A stretch of 64,000 bases of DNA from an uncultured Actinomycetota bacterium (GTDB lineage: Bacteria > Actinomycetota > Actinomycetes > JACCUZ01), in NCBI GenBank assembly GCA_963726615.1, contig CAVSCX010000003.1, positions 292,238-356,237 of the forward strand. The letters are read 5' to 3'. Numbering within the stretch: position 1 is the stretch's first letter; every line of letters starts with the position of its first letter. Under the pieces are notes generated by a model. The model saw only the letters and a list, made by a program, of their open reading frames with translations. It was not told the origin of the DNA and ran no database searches. A program made the translations under genes and the position numbers. Positions 56,287-64,000 of the stretch are shown one piece after another.

Positions 56287-57273
56287 ATGATCCAGGCCCG
56301 CAACATCACCAAGCACTACGGCGACAAGGTGGCCGTCGACGACATCAGCTTCACCGTCGCCGCCGGCAAGGTCACCGGCTTCCTCGGCCCGAACGGCGCC
56401 GGCAAGTCCACCACGATGCGCATGGTCGTCGGGCTGGACCGTCCGACCGCCGGCACCGTGACCGTGAACGGCCGCCGGTACGCCGAGCACGGGTCGCCGC
56501 TGACCGAGGTCGGCGTGCTGCTCGAGGCGAAGGCCGTGCACACCGGTCGGTCCGCGGTGGACCACCTGCGCGCCGTGGCCGCCACCCATGCCTTCGGCCG
56601 CCGCCGCGTCGAGCAGGTCATCGACATGACCGGCCTGCACAGCGTCGCCGGCAAGCGGGTCGGCGGGTTCTCCCTCGGCATGGGCCAGCGCCTCGGCCTG
56701 GCAGTCGCGCTGCTCGGGGACCCGCACACCCTCATCCTCGACGAGCCCGTCAACGGGCTCGACCCGGAAGGGGTTCTGTGGGTGCGGAACCTGCTGCGGC
56801 AGCTCGCCGCGGAAGGGCGCACCGTGTTCCTGTCCTCGCACCTGATGAGCGAGATGGCCCTGACCGCCGACCACATCCTGGTGATCGGACGCGGCCGTAT
56901 CATCGCCGACGCCCCGGTCGCCGACATCATCGCCCGCTCCAGCGGCACCAGCGTGACCGTCCGCACGCCCGAAGCCGGCAGGCTGGCCGATCTGCTGCGC
57001 GGCCCCGACGTCACTGTCATCCCGGCGGACGACGGCCGCCTCGAGGTCCGCGGTACCAGCGCCCAGGTCATCGGCGAGGCGGCAGCCTCCGCCGGCCTGG
57101 TGCTGCACGAGCTGGCCCCGCACCGCGGCAGCCTCGAGGACTCCTACATGTCGCTGACCGCCGACGCCGTCGAGTACCACGCCGCCGGCAGCCCCTCCGC
57201 CGACCCGACCCCCCAGACCGCACCGGTGCCCGCCACCCGGCAGGCGCCGAACTCGAAGGAGACCCACCGATGA
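56287..57273 (+). CDS. ABC transporter ATP-binding protein
   Basis: Walker A GPNGAGKST. Signature FSLGMGQRLG. Walker B LILDEPV. Confidence 0.85.
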   Translation: MIQARNITKHYGDKVAVDDISFTVAAGKVTGFLGPNGAGKSTTMRMVVGLDRPTAGTVTVNGRRYAEHGSPLTEVGVLLEAKAVHTGRSAVDHLRAVAATHAFGRRRVEQVIDMTGLHSVAGKRVGGFSLGMGQRLGLAVALLGDPHTLILDEPVNGLDPEGVLWVRNLLRQLAAEGRTVFLSSHLMSEMALTADHILVIGRGRIIADAPVADIIARSSGTSVTVRTPEAGRLADLLRGPDVTVIPADDGRLEVRGTSAQVIGEAAASAGLVLHELAPHRGSLEDSYMSLTADAVEYHAAGSPSADPTPQTAPVPATRQAPNSKETHR

Positions 57274-58148
57274 GCACTCTTACCGCCCCCGCCCCCGCCC
57301 CCGCAGTCGCCCGCGCCCGCGCGCACCACGTGACGTTCCCCCGGGTGCTGCACGCCGAGTGGATCAAGTTCTGGTCGCTGCGGTCGACAGTGTGGACCGT
57401 CGCCGCGACCGTCGTCGTCATGGCCGCCGTGAGCTGGCTCGCCGCGTTCTTCACCGCCCGCGAGGCCACCAGCCCCAGCACGACGCCGCAGGACGCCGCC
57501 GAGCTGACCCGGCTGCTGCACGACCCGGGCCTCATCCTGACCGGCACCGAGCTCGCCAAGCTCGTCGTTGCCGTCCTCGGTGTACTCATCATCACCGGTG
57601 AGTACTCCACCGGCATGATCCGCTCCACGCTCACCGCGGTCCCACGCCGCCTGCCGGCCCTGTGGGCCAAGGCGCTCGTGCTCTTCGCGGTCACCACCGG
57701 CACCGTGGTGGTCGCCGAGGGCCTCTCCTGGCTGGTGGCCGCCCCGACCCTGCACTCCCACGACGCCGCCCTGGACCTGGGTTCCGCCGAGACGCAGCGC
57801 ATCCTGCTCGGCGGCGTCCTCTACCTGGCCGGCATCGCCCTGCTCGCGTTCGCGGTCGGCGCCATCATCCGGGTGGCTGCGGGCGCCCTCGCGACCGTGC
57901 TCGGCCTGCTGCTCGTCGTCGAGGTCCTGTTCCGCACCTTGCCGGTCGACTTCTTCCGCCAGGTCAGCCCGTTCCTTCCGGCAACCGCCGGGCACCAGCT
58001 GCTCGTCACCCAGTCCAGCATCGAGCAGGCCCGCGCCACCACCAGCGCAACCGTCCTCGAACCCTGGGTGGGGTTCTCCGTGATGGTCGCCTGGGTCGCA
58101 GTCGCACTCGCCGTTGCCGCCGTGCAGCTGCGCCGTCGCGATGCATGA
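57270..58148 (+). CDS. ABC-2 family transporter permease
   Basis: ATG overlapping ATPase stop (ATGA). GAAGGAG RBS. 6 TM. Confidence 0.7.
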   Translation: MSTLTAPAPAPAVARARAHHVTFPRVLHAEWIKFWSLRSTVWTVAATVVVMAAVSWLAAFFTAREATSPSTTPQDAAELTRLLHDPGLILTGTELAKLVVAVLGVLIITGEYSTGMIRSTLTAVPRRLPALWAKALVLFAVTTGTVVVAEGLSWLVAAPTLHSHDAALDLGSAETQRILLGGVLYLAGIALLAFAVGAIIRVAAGALATVLGLLLVVEVLFRTLPVDFFRQVSPFLPATAGHQLLVTQSSIEQARATTSATVLEPWVGFSVMVAWVAVALAVAAVQLRRRDA

Positions 58149-58632
58149 GCAGCAGCAGCGTGCAGATATCGGAAACAGCTGGGGCAGGAACCGAGCTCCA
58201 CCGTCGTCACCATGAGCACGCCACACCGGTCGGAGTCCGCGGACGCAGCCGAAGCCGCGGTGGGGGGCGACCAGCGTTCGGACGAGCATGCCGGTGCCAG
58301 TCGTCTGCGGCCGCCCCGCCTGGTGGTTACCGCCTGGCGGCAGTCCTGCCCGCCGATCGGGTGAGGACGGCGAGGACGGCCGCGGTGAGCAGCACCCAGA
58401 CGGCGGCCACGTTGAGCGCGGACGCTGCTGGACGTCCAGGTACAGGAGCCCCGCGTCGGCATGCCCGACGACGGCGACGGCGGCGAGCAGTCCAACGGCT
58501 CGGTGCCACCGGCGGCCGAGCGTCCTGCGGTGGCGCCAGCCGCGACGGTGATCATCATGGTGCTGGTGTTCGCGGCGTTCATCCCCGCGCCGGACATCAC
58601 CACCAATCTGGGCCCGTCGTGCGAGTCGGCGG

Positions 58633-59751
58633 TCAGATGAGCAGGTCGGCCGGCAGGGCCTGGGCTCGTGACGACGCGAGCTCGTCGCGGATGTGGTCGG
58701 CGAGCCAGGCGGCGTCGTCCTTCACGTATCCGAGCAGCGCGGAGCCGCGGGTGTGCAGCCAGGGCTGCCCCACGACACTGAGCCCTGGGACCGGGCTGAT
58801 GCCGCGCTCGTTCGCGACCGTGCCGTCGACGACGGCGCCGGGGATGTCGAGCCACGAGTAGTCGGTGCGGAACCCGGTGGCCCAGACGACTGCCGTGACA
58901 TGGGTGACGCTGCCGTCTGCGAACATCGCCCGGGTCAGGTCGACGTCGTCCAGGCGGGGCCGGACCCGGACGCCGAGCCGGGTGAGGTCGCGCCAGCGGG
59001 TGCCGATGACCAGGTCGCCCTTCTTCTGCGCGCGCCGCGCGAGGCGGGAGTCCGCGGTCTTGGCGAGCAGCCCGAGCCGGGACAGCCACCAGAACAGGTC
59101 CCGGCCGAAGACGCGCTGGGGCAGCATCGGAGACCGGGTGCCCACGGCGACGGTGACGGGCCGGGAGGCGGCGAGCTCGCGGGCGATCTGCAGCCCGGAG
59201 TTGCCGGCGCCGACGACCAGCACCGGCCCGTCCGGCAGCTGGCCCGGGTTGCGGTAGGCCGACGAGTGCAGCTGGACGACGTCGGCCGCCAGGTTGTGGG
59301 ACAGGGTCGGGACGACCGGGGTCTGGAAGGGGCCGGTCGCGACGACGACCTGCCGGGCGGTGATGAGGCCGGTCGAGGTGTCGGCGTGGAAAAGGTCGCC
59401 GGCCCTCGACAGGCGGATGGCGCGCGTGTTGAGGCGGACCGGAAGCTCGAACGCTGCCGCGTACCTGCGCAGGTAGTCGGCGACCTGGTCCTTGCTCGGG
59501 TAGGTCCCGGCGGGGGCGGGGAACGGCATGCCCGGCAGCGCGTCGTACTCGGCGGGGGTGAACAGCCGCAGCGAGTCCCACCGGTTGCGCCACACGTGCC
59601 CGACCTCCGGGCCGGCGTCGATGAGCACGAACGAGCGGATGCCCTGCTGGCGCAGGTGCCAGCCGATGGCGAGGCCGGCCTGGCCGGCGCCGACGACGAG
59701 CACGTCGACGTGCTCCGCGAGGGCGGGATCCTGCTGGTCGGGGGTCTGCAT
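58633..59751 (-). CDS. Flavin-containing monooxygenase / NAD(P)-binding oxidoreductase (CzcO-like)
   Basis: Two dinucleotide motifs VLVVGAGQAGL and VLVVGAGNSGLQIA. Confidence 0.75.
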   Translation of the reverse strand: MQTPDQQDPALAEHVDVLVVGAGQAGLAIGWHLRQQGIRSFVLIDAGPEVGHVWRNRWDSLRLFTPAEYDALPGMPFPAPAGTYPSKDQVADYLRRYAAAFELPVRLNTRAIRLSRAGDLFHADTSTGLITARQVVVATGPFQTPVVPTLSHNLAADVVQLHSSAYRNPGQLPDGPVLVVGAGNSGLQIARELAASRPVTVAVGTRSPMLPQRVFGRDLFWWLSRLGLLAKTADSRLARRAQKKGDLVIGTRWRDLTRLGVRVRPRLDDVDLTRAMFADGSVTHVTAVVWATGFRTDYSWLDIPGAVVDGTVANERGISPVPGLSVVGQPWLHTRGSALLGYVKDDAAWLADHIRDELASSRAQALPADLLI

Positions 59752-59907
59752 GGTGGCTCCCGGTGCTCGGGGTGGTGACGCGGGCGGTCGGACGCGGACT
59801 GGTCGGAGGCTGATCAGTGCGTGTGGCGGGCGGGCTGTCGGCAGCCGGTCAGCGGCTGGGCTGCCGGCCGGCTGCCTCGCTCGCCCCGCTTACGGGTGCA
59901 GGTCATG

Positions 59908-60066
59908 TCAGAGGACGCCGCGCAGCCGGGTGGACTGCGGGTCGAGCTCGTGGAAGTGCGACCGGGGCGCCACGAACGAGCGGTCACCGCGGACGACGGC
60001 GGACAGTCGGGCCATGACAGCGGCGACGGCGACGATGGCGAGGGCGATGAGGACGAGAGCGAACAT
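59908..60066 (-). CDS. Small single-TM protein (52 aa)
   Basis: AAGGAG 6 nt upstream of ATG. MFALVLIALAIVAVAAVMARLSAVVRGDRSF.... C-terminal end of track ORF 59908..60654. Confidence 0.4.
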   Translation of the reverse strand: MFALVLIALAIVAVAAVMARLSAVVRGDRSFVAPRSHFHELDPQSTRLRGVL

Positions 60067-60392
60067 GACGGGCTCCTTCGGGTTGCGGGTGGTGGTCGAG
60101 CGGGACATCTCGAGGTTGCGGCGGCGGCACGGGGCTCGCGCCGGCAGAACCGCCAGGTCTGACTGGACGGGCAGCGCGCGGTCCGGCGGCCGACGGGACG
60201 GGCCGAGGGCGTCGGGCGGTGCGGCAAGGCGGCTGCGCCACGGCGGCCGGGCCGGGTGACCCTTGCGTTGCGGGTCTGCGCGGAGTCGAACCTGGCAGTT
60301 TCGCCGGCTCGAACCTGGCCGTCGCTTCCTAGCGTCGTTCGTGTCAGCCGAAGCACCCCGACGCTCGGCCGGCACCCCGGAAGGAGACCCCG

Positions 60393-60485
60393 ATGACCCA
60401 GACGCAGATCCGCCGCCCGGCCCGCCCGGCGCAGCCGGCGACCCTCGACCGGCGCACCCCGTCCGGGCGTCTCCTCCCGTTCTGA
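60393..60485 (+). CDS. 30-codon Arg/Pro-rich upstream mini-ORF (possible leader peptide)
   Basis: GGAAGGAG 7 nt upstream of ATG. MTQTQIRRPARPAQPATLDRRTPSGRLLPF. Ends 29 nt before the GNAT start. Not in ORF track. Confidence 0.3.
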   Translation: MTQTQIRRPARPAQPATLDRRTPSGRLLPF

Positions 60486-60514
60486 CCACGTCCCACTCCT
60501 TCTCCGGAGCTCCG

Positions 60515-61261
60515 ATGACCGCCTCGACCATCGCCACCGCCGCTACGTTCGGCGCCGTGACCGTGCTGCCGCCGACGCTGCGGCAGCACCTGTCGGGTTG
60601 GGTCGGATCCCCTCCGGGCGAGACGCCGGTCCTGGTGGTGCCGAACCCGCGCAACGCCGCATCTGGCTGGGACCGGCGCCCGCCGCTGCTGACCGGCCTG
60701 GTCGACCCGGCCGGCCACGCTGTGGTCGCGCTGCCGCCGGCCGTCGCCGCCCCCGGAGCTCGGCTGCTCGCGCAGGCCCGTGACCTCGCCGAGGTCGACG
60801 CCGGCCTTCAGCTGCTGCCCGGCCTGCTCGGCAAGCCTGGTCACGCCGTCGAGCGGGTGGCGTTCCGCTGGACAGTGCGCCCGGCAGACCTCCCAGACGC
60901 CGGTGTCTGGGTCGACACCGACACGCCCGGGCTGCCCGGCTGGCTGCGACCGTTCGGCGGTCAGGCTCTGGTCGCGTTCGACGACCGCGGCCGGTACCTC
61001 GCCGGGGTCGGCATCAAGCGCCACGACCGATGCGGGCGCGAGATCTCGGTCGGGACCGAGCCGCACGCCCGTGGTCAGGGCCTGGCCCGGCGCCTGGTCG
61101 CCCAGGCCGCCCGGCACCTCCTCGACCATGACCGCGTCCCGACGTACCTGCACACGTTCGACAACGTGGCCTCGTCGCGGGTCGCGGCCGCCGCCGGCTT
61201 CGACGACGCGGGCTGGTCCGCACTGATGCTCAGCGACCACCCGGCTGCGGCGGCCGCCTGA
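60515..61261 (+). CDS. GNAT-family N-acetyltransferase with N-terminal uncharacterised domain
   Basis: Start at MTASTIATAA. C-terminal GNAT motif A (RGQGLARRLVAQAARHL). Confidence 0.6.
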   Translation: MTASTIATAATFGAVTVLPPTLRQHLSGWVGSPPGETPVLVVPNPRNAASGWDRRPPLLTGLVDPAGHAVVALPPAVAAPGARLLAQARDLAEVDAGLQLLPGLLGKPGHAVERVAFRWTVRPADLPDAGVWVDTDTPGLPGWLRPFGGQALVAFDDRGRYLAGVGIKRHDRCGREISVGTEPHARGQGLARRLVAQAARHLLDHDRVPTYLHTFDNVASSRVAAAAGFDDAGWSALMLSDHPAAAAA

Positions 61262-61264
61262 GGT

Positions 61265-61408
61265 TCAGCGCACCATCGTGCCGTTGAGCAGGGTCAGCAT
61301 CCAGCTCGCGCTCGGCTGCTGACCGGTCCTGCGGGTCACCCTGCGGCGGTCGGCACGACCGGCACGACCGGCGAGGATCGAGGTGTGGGTGCTGGATGTG
61401 CGGGCCAT
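61265..61408 (-). CDS. Small basic protein (47 aa)
   Basis: AAGGAG 6 nt upstream of ATG. MARTSSTHTSILAGRAGRADRRRVTRRTGQQPSASWMLTLLNGTMVR. Confidence 0.35.
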   Translation of the reverse strand: MARTSSTHTSILAGRAGRADRRRVTRRTGQQPSASWMLTLLNGTMVR

Positions 61409-61515
61409 GGTCGACTCCTTGGTGGAAGGGACCTCACCATGGGCCGCTTGCCTGTTCGGCGGCTGTCGCGCCGGCGTCCGGAGCCTGTCGCGGCCGCAGC
61501 ACGCTCGCGCTTCTC

Positions 61516-64000
61516 TCAGTCGAGGGTGAGAGCCATCAGCTCGGCCCGTGAGGTGACGCCGACCTTGGTGAAGACGTTGCGCAGGTGGAAGTCGACCGTG
61601 CGGGGGCTGACGAACAGCTGCCCGGCGACGTCTCGGTTCGACATACCCTGCCGGACCAGACGCGCCACGTTCAGCTCCTGCGCGGTCAGGTCGGTCGCGG
61701 TCGACACGTCCCGGCGTCGGGCGGTCTCCCCGGATGCGCGCAGCTCCGCCGCGGCCCGGTCCGCGAACGGTGCCGCGCCGAGCTCCTCGAACGTCGCCAG
61801 CGCGGCCCGCAGGTGCACCCGGGCGTCGACCCGTCGGCGGCCGCGACGGAGGAACTCGCCGTACGCGAGCTCGGTCCGCGCTCTGGCCGGCGGACGCGCG
61901 GACGCGGCGTGCTGGGCGAGAGCCGCCTCGAAATGCCGCTCGGCGTCGTGGGCCTCGGTCGCGAGCAGTGCGGCGCCGTGCTCGGCGACCGCGAGCGCCC
62001 ATGACGCACCGGTCTGCTCGCCGTAGAGCTGCATCTCGTCCGTCCACGCTCGGGCCGCGTCGTGCTGGTCGGCGCGCACCGCCGCCTCGATGCGGTCCAG
62101 AGCCGCGAACCGCCGGACCGGCCCGTCATGGATGTGCTCGAGGAGGTGGAAAGCGGTTGCCGGCGCCCCGCCGGACCGCGCGGCGACCACGGCCTTCGCC
62201 CAGCGGGCGAAGTCGCCCAGCAAGTGCTCGGCGACACCCACCGGGTACGCGGCCGCAACCTGCTCGGCCTCCGCGAGCCGATCCTCGAACTGCTCGTCGC
62301 CGCGGAACGCCGCGACCAGCGCCGCCTCCGCGAGCGGCAGCGCGGCCAGCCCTGGCTGCCCCGAGCCCTGCGCCAGCGGCATCGCCTCCGATGCGCCGGT
62401 GACCAGCGACGTCCACCGGCCGGTGACGAGCTCGATGAGGCCGCGGCGGGTCAGCGCGTACAGCACCATGATGAGCGCCCCGGTCGCGCGCGCCCCCGTC
62501 AGCAGCATGTCGTGGTAGCGGAACGCGAGCTCGTCGTCGCCGACGTGGAACGCGGCGATGCCGAGGTTCGGCAGCAGGTCCTGGTCGTCGCCCTCGACGA
62601 ACTCGGCGCGCTCGAACGCCTCCCGGAGCGCCGGCATGGCCTGCGGCCACTCCGCGCGACGCACATGGTCCAGCCCGACCAGCAGCCAGTAGAACGAGTG
62701 CGCCCGCGCCGGCTCGTCCGGCCCAGGCGGCGGCGCGACCGTCGTCGGGTCGACCTCGAGCTGCGCGTGCGGGTTGAACGACGCGAGCGCCGCGGCGAAC
62801 ATCGCCATCTCCCGGGCGCGTCGCGGGTCGTGCGGCGCGACATCCCGGGCGCCGCGCAGCACCATGGTGATGCCGTCGTGCACCGACCCGGTGTTCCACT
62901 CGATGCGGGCCCGCAGCCGTGCGATGTCCGCACCGAGGAGTGGGTCGCTGACCGCGTCAGCGGCAGCGGCCGCCAGCGCGCGTGCCCGGCCGGGCTGTGC
63001 GGCCAGCCACGCTCCCCACGCCGCGCCGAAAAGGCGCCGCGCCCGTGCCTCCCGGTCCGCCGACAGCTCCGCGGCCCGCTCCCACGCCGCCGATGCGGCC
63101 TCGTGACCGCCACGAGCACTACCGCGCTCCGCCGCGGCGTCCAGCGCCGCGACCACCGTGTCGTCCGGACCTTCCGCGGCGGCCGCGAGATGCCACGCGC
63201 GCCGGTCGTCGTCGCCGGTCGACGCGAGCGCGTCGGCGAGGGCCCTGTGTGCGCGTCGCCGCTCGAGGCTGGTCGCCGCGCCGTACACCGCGGACCGGAC
63301 CAGCGGGTGCCGCATCGCGACAACTCCGTCGCGCACCTGAGCCAGCGCGGACCGCTCGACCTCCTGCTGCGCCTCCTCGTCCGACCCGAGGGCGGCCGCC
63401 GCCGCGCCGACGGCGGCCGCGTGCCCAGAATCGTCGGCGGCCGCGACCAGCAGCCACGTCTGGGACGGCTCCGACAGGCGGCGGAACCGGTCCAGGAACG
63501 CCCGTTCGACTCCCTCGGTCAGCGGCAGTGTCGCCGGAAGCGGCACGACGCCGCGGAGCTGGTCAGGGGACAGCGCGTCGGCCATCTCGACGAGCGCCAG
63601 CGGGTTCCCGCCGGTCTCCTGCGCCAGCCGCTGCGCGACGCCGGCGGCGACGGTCGTGCGCGCGTGAGTGCTGAGCAGCTCGGCCGTACCGGGTTCGTCG
63701 ACCCCGCCGAGAAGCAGCTCCGGCAGGTCGCCGGAGTCGAACCGGCGCACGTCACCGTCGCGCGCGGCGAACAGCAGTGCGACCCGCTCGTCCGAGAGCC
63801 GGCGGGCCACGAACTGCAGCGCGGCCGCGGACGCGTCGTCGAGCCAGTGCGCGTCGTCGACCACCGCCAGCACAGGCGCCTCGTCAGCCGCCTCGCTGAG
63901 CAGGCTCAGCGCGCCCAGGAACACCAGGAATCGGTCACCGTCGCCGTCGGCCTGCCCGAACACCGCCCGCAGCGCCCGGCTCTGCGGCTCCGGCAGCCTC
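61516..64000 (-). CDS. LAL/MalT-type LuxR-family transcriptional regulator (N-terminus beyond window)
   Basis: >815 aa. C-terminal LuxR HTH LTAQELNVARLVRQGMSNRDVAGQLFVSPRTVDFHLRNVFTKVGV. Reading frame continues past 64000. Confidence 0.75.
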   Translation of the reverse strand, partial: RLPEPQSRALRAVFGQADGDGDRFLVFLGALSLLSEAADEAPVLAVVDDAHWLDDASAAALQFVARRLSDERVALLFAARDGDVRRFDSGDLPELLLGGVDEPGTAELLSTHARTTVAAGVAQRLAQETGGNPLALVEMADALSPDQLRGVVPLPATLPLTEGVERAFLDRFRRLSEPSQTWLLVAAADDSGHAAAVGAAAAALGSDEEAQQEVERSALAQVRDGVVAMRHPLVRSAVYGAATSLERRRAHRALADALASTGDDDRRAWHLAAAAEGPDDTVVAALDAAAERGSARGGHEAASAAWERAAELSADREARARRLFGAAWGAWLAAQPGRARALAAAAADAVSDPLLGADIARLRARIEWNTGSVHDGITMVLRGARDVAPHDPRRAREMAMFAAALASFNPHAQLEVDPTTVAPPPGPDEPARAHSFYWLLVGLDHVRRAEWPQAMPALREAFERAEFVEGDDQDLLPNLGIAAFHVGDDELAFRYHDMLLTGARATGALIMVLYALTRRGLIELVTGRWTSLVTGASEAMPLAQGSGQPGLAALPLAEAALVAAFRGDEQFEDRLAEAEQVAAAYPVGVAEHLLGDFARWAKAVVAARSGGAPATAFHLLEHIHDGPVRRFAALDRIEAAVRADQHDAARAWTDEMQLYGEQTGASWALAVAEHGAALLATEAHDAERHFEAALAQHAASARPPARARTELAYGEFLRRGRRRVDARVHLRAALATFEELGAAPFADRAAAELRASGETARRRDVSTATDLTAQELNVARLVRQGMSNRDVAGQLFVSPRTVDFHLRNVFTKVGVTSRAELMALTLD

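Noticed and set aside
58150-58630. Short ORFs (58288..58551 +, 58327..58509 -) in the gap after the ABC permease
   Set aside because: Fragmentary hydrophobic or Arg-rich reading frames without start context. Probably non-coding or a decayed remnant. Not called.
1-64000. Mobile elements, integrases, transposases, CRISPR arrays, rRNA
   Set aside because: No transposase or integrase motifs, terminal inverted repeats, or repeat-spacer arrays were recognised. tRNA-Ala is the only RNA gene found.

Overview
This is a 64 kb segment of a high-GC (roughly 70%) actinobacterial chromosome, densely coding on both strands. The ORF track is heavily contaminated by long spurious antisense or out-of-frame ORFs typical of GC-rich DNA. 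Genes were therefore called by recognisable protein families, N-terminal signal or transmembrane logic, Shine-Dalgarno-like sequences, and 4-nt start/stop overlaps (ATGA or GTGA). Such overlaps recur at many operon junctions in this window. The track prints GTG/TTG starts as M, so several starts here are GTG.

Gene order around 18.4-26 kb matches the mycobacterial Rv0992c-Rv0996 neighbourhood: 5-formyl-THF cyclo-ligase, galU, moeA, moaC, moaB/mog, rimJ-like GNAT, Rv0996-like TM protein, tRNA-Ala. The start of the window matches rsmI divergent from pmt. This argues for a Mycobacteriales/Actinomycetales-type core chromosome with inserted accessory genes.

The most coherent candidate system is a CstR-like (CsoR/RcnR-family, two-Cys, no His) persulfide-type repressor module. 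It has three ATAC-N8-GTAT operator-like boxes. Two of them are exact reverse complements of each other and sit in the divergent promoter between a rhodanese / persulfide-dioxygenase-rhodanese fusion / TauE sulfite-exporter operon and an MMPL (RND-like) transporter co-transcribed with the repressor.

Other notable items are listed in the findings. They include a single-polypeptide MsrQ-like heme membrane domain fused to an MsrP-like Moco domain, an ECF sigma/anti-sigma pair opposite an extremely acidic RTX-repeat protein, a +1-frameshifted LAL/LuxR regulator, and several strong-SD mini-ORFs missing from the ORF track.

Limits: coordinates of internal starts were derived from ORF-track coordinates plus residue offsets and may be off by a few nt. 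Near 13.78-13.86 kb my manual position count disagreed by 1 nt with the track, so the track was trusted. No transposase, integrase, CRISPR array or rRNA was found.
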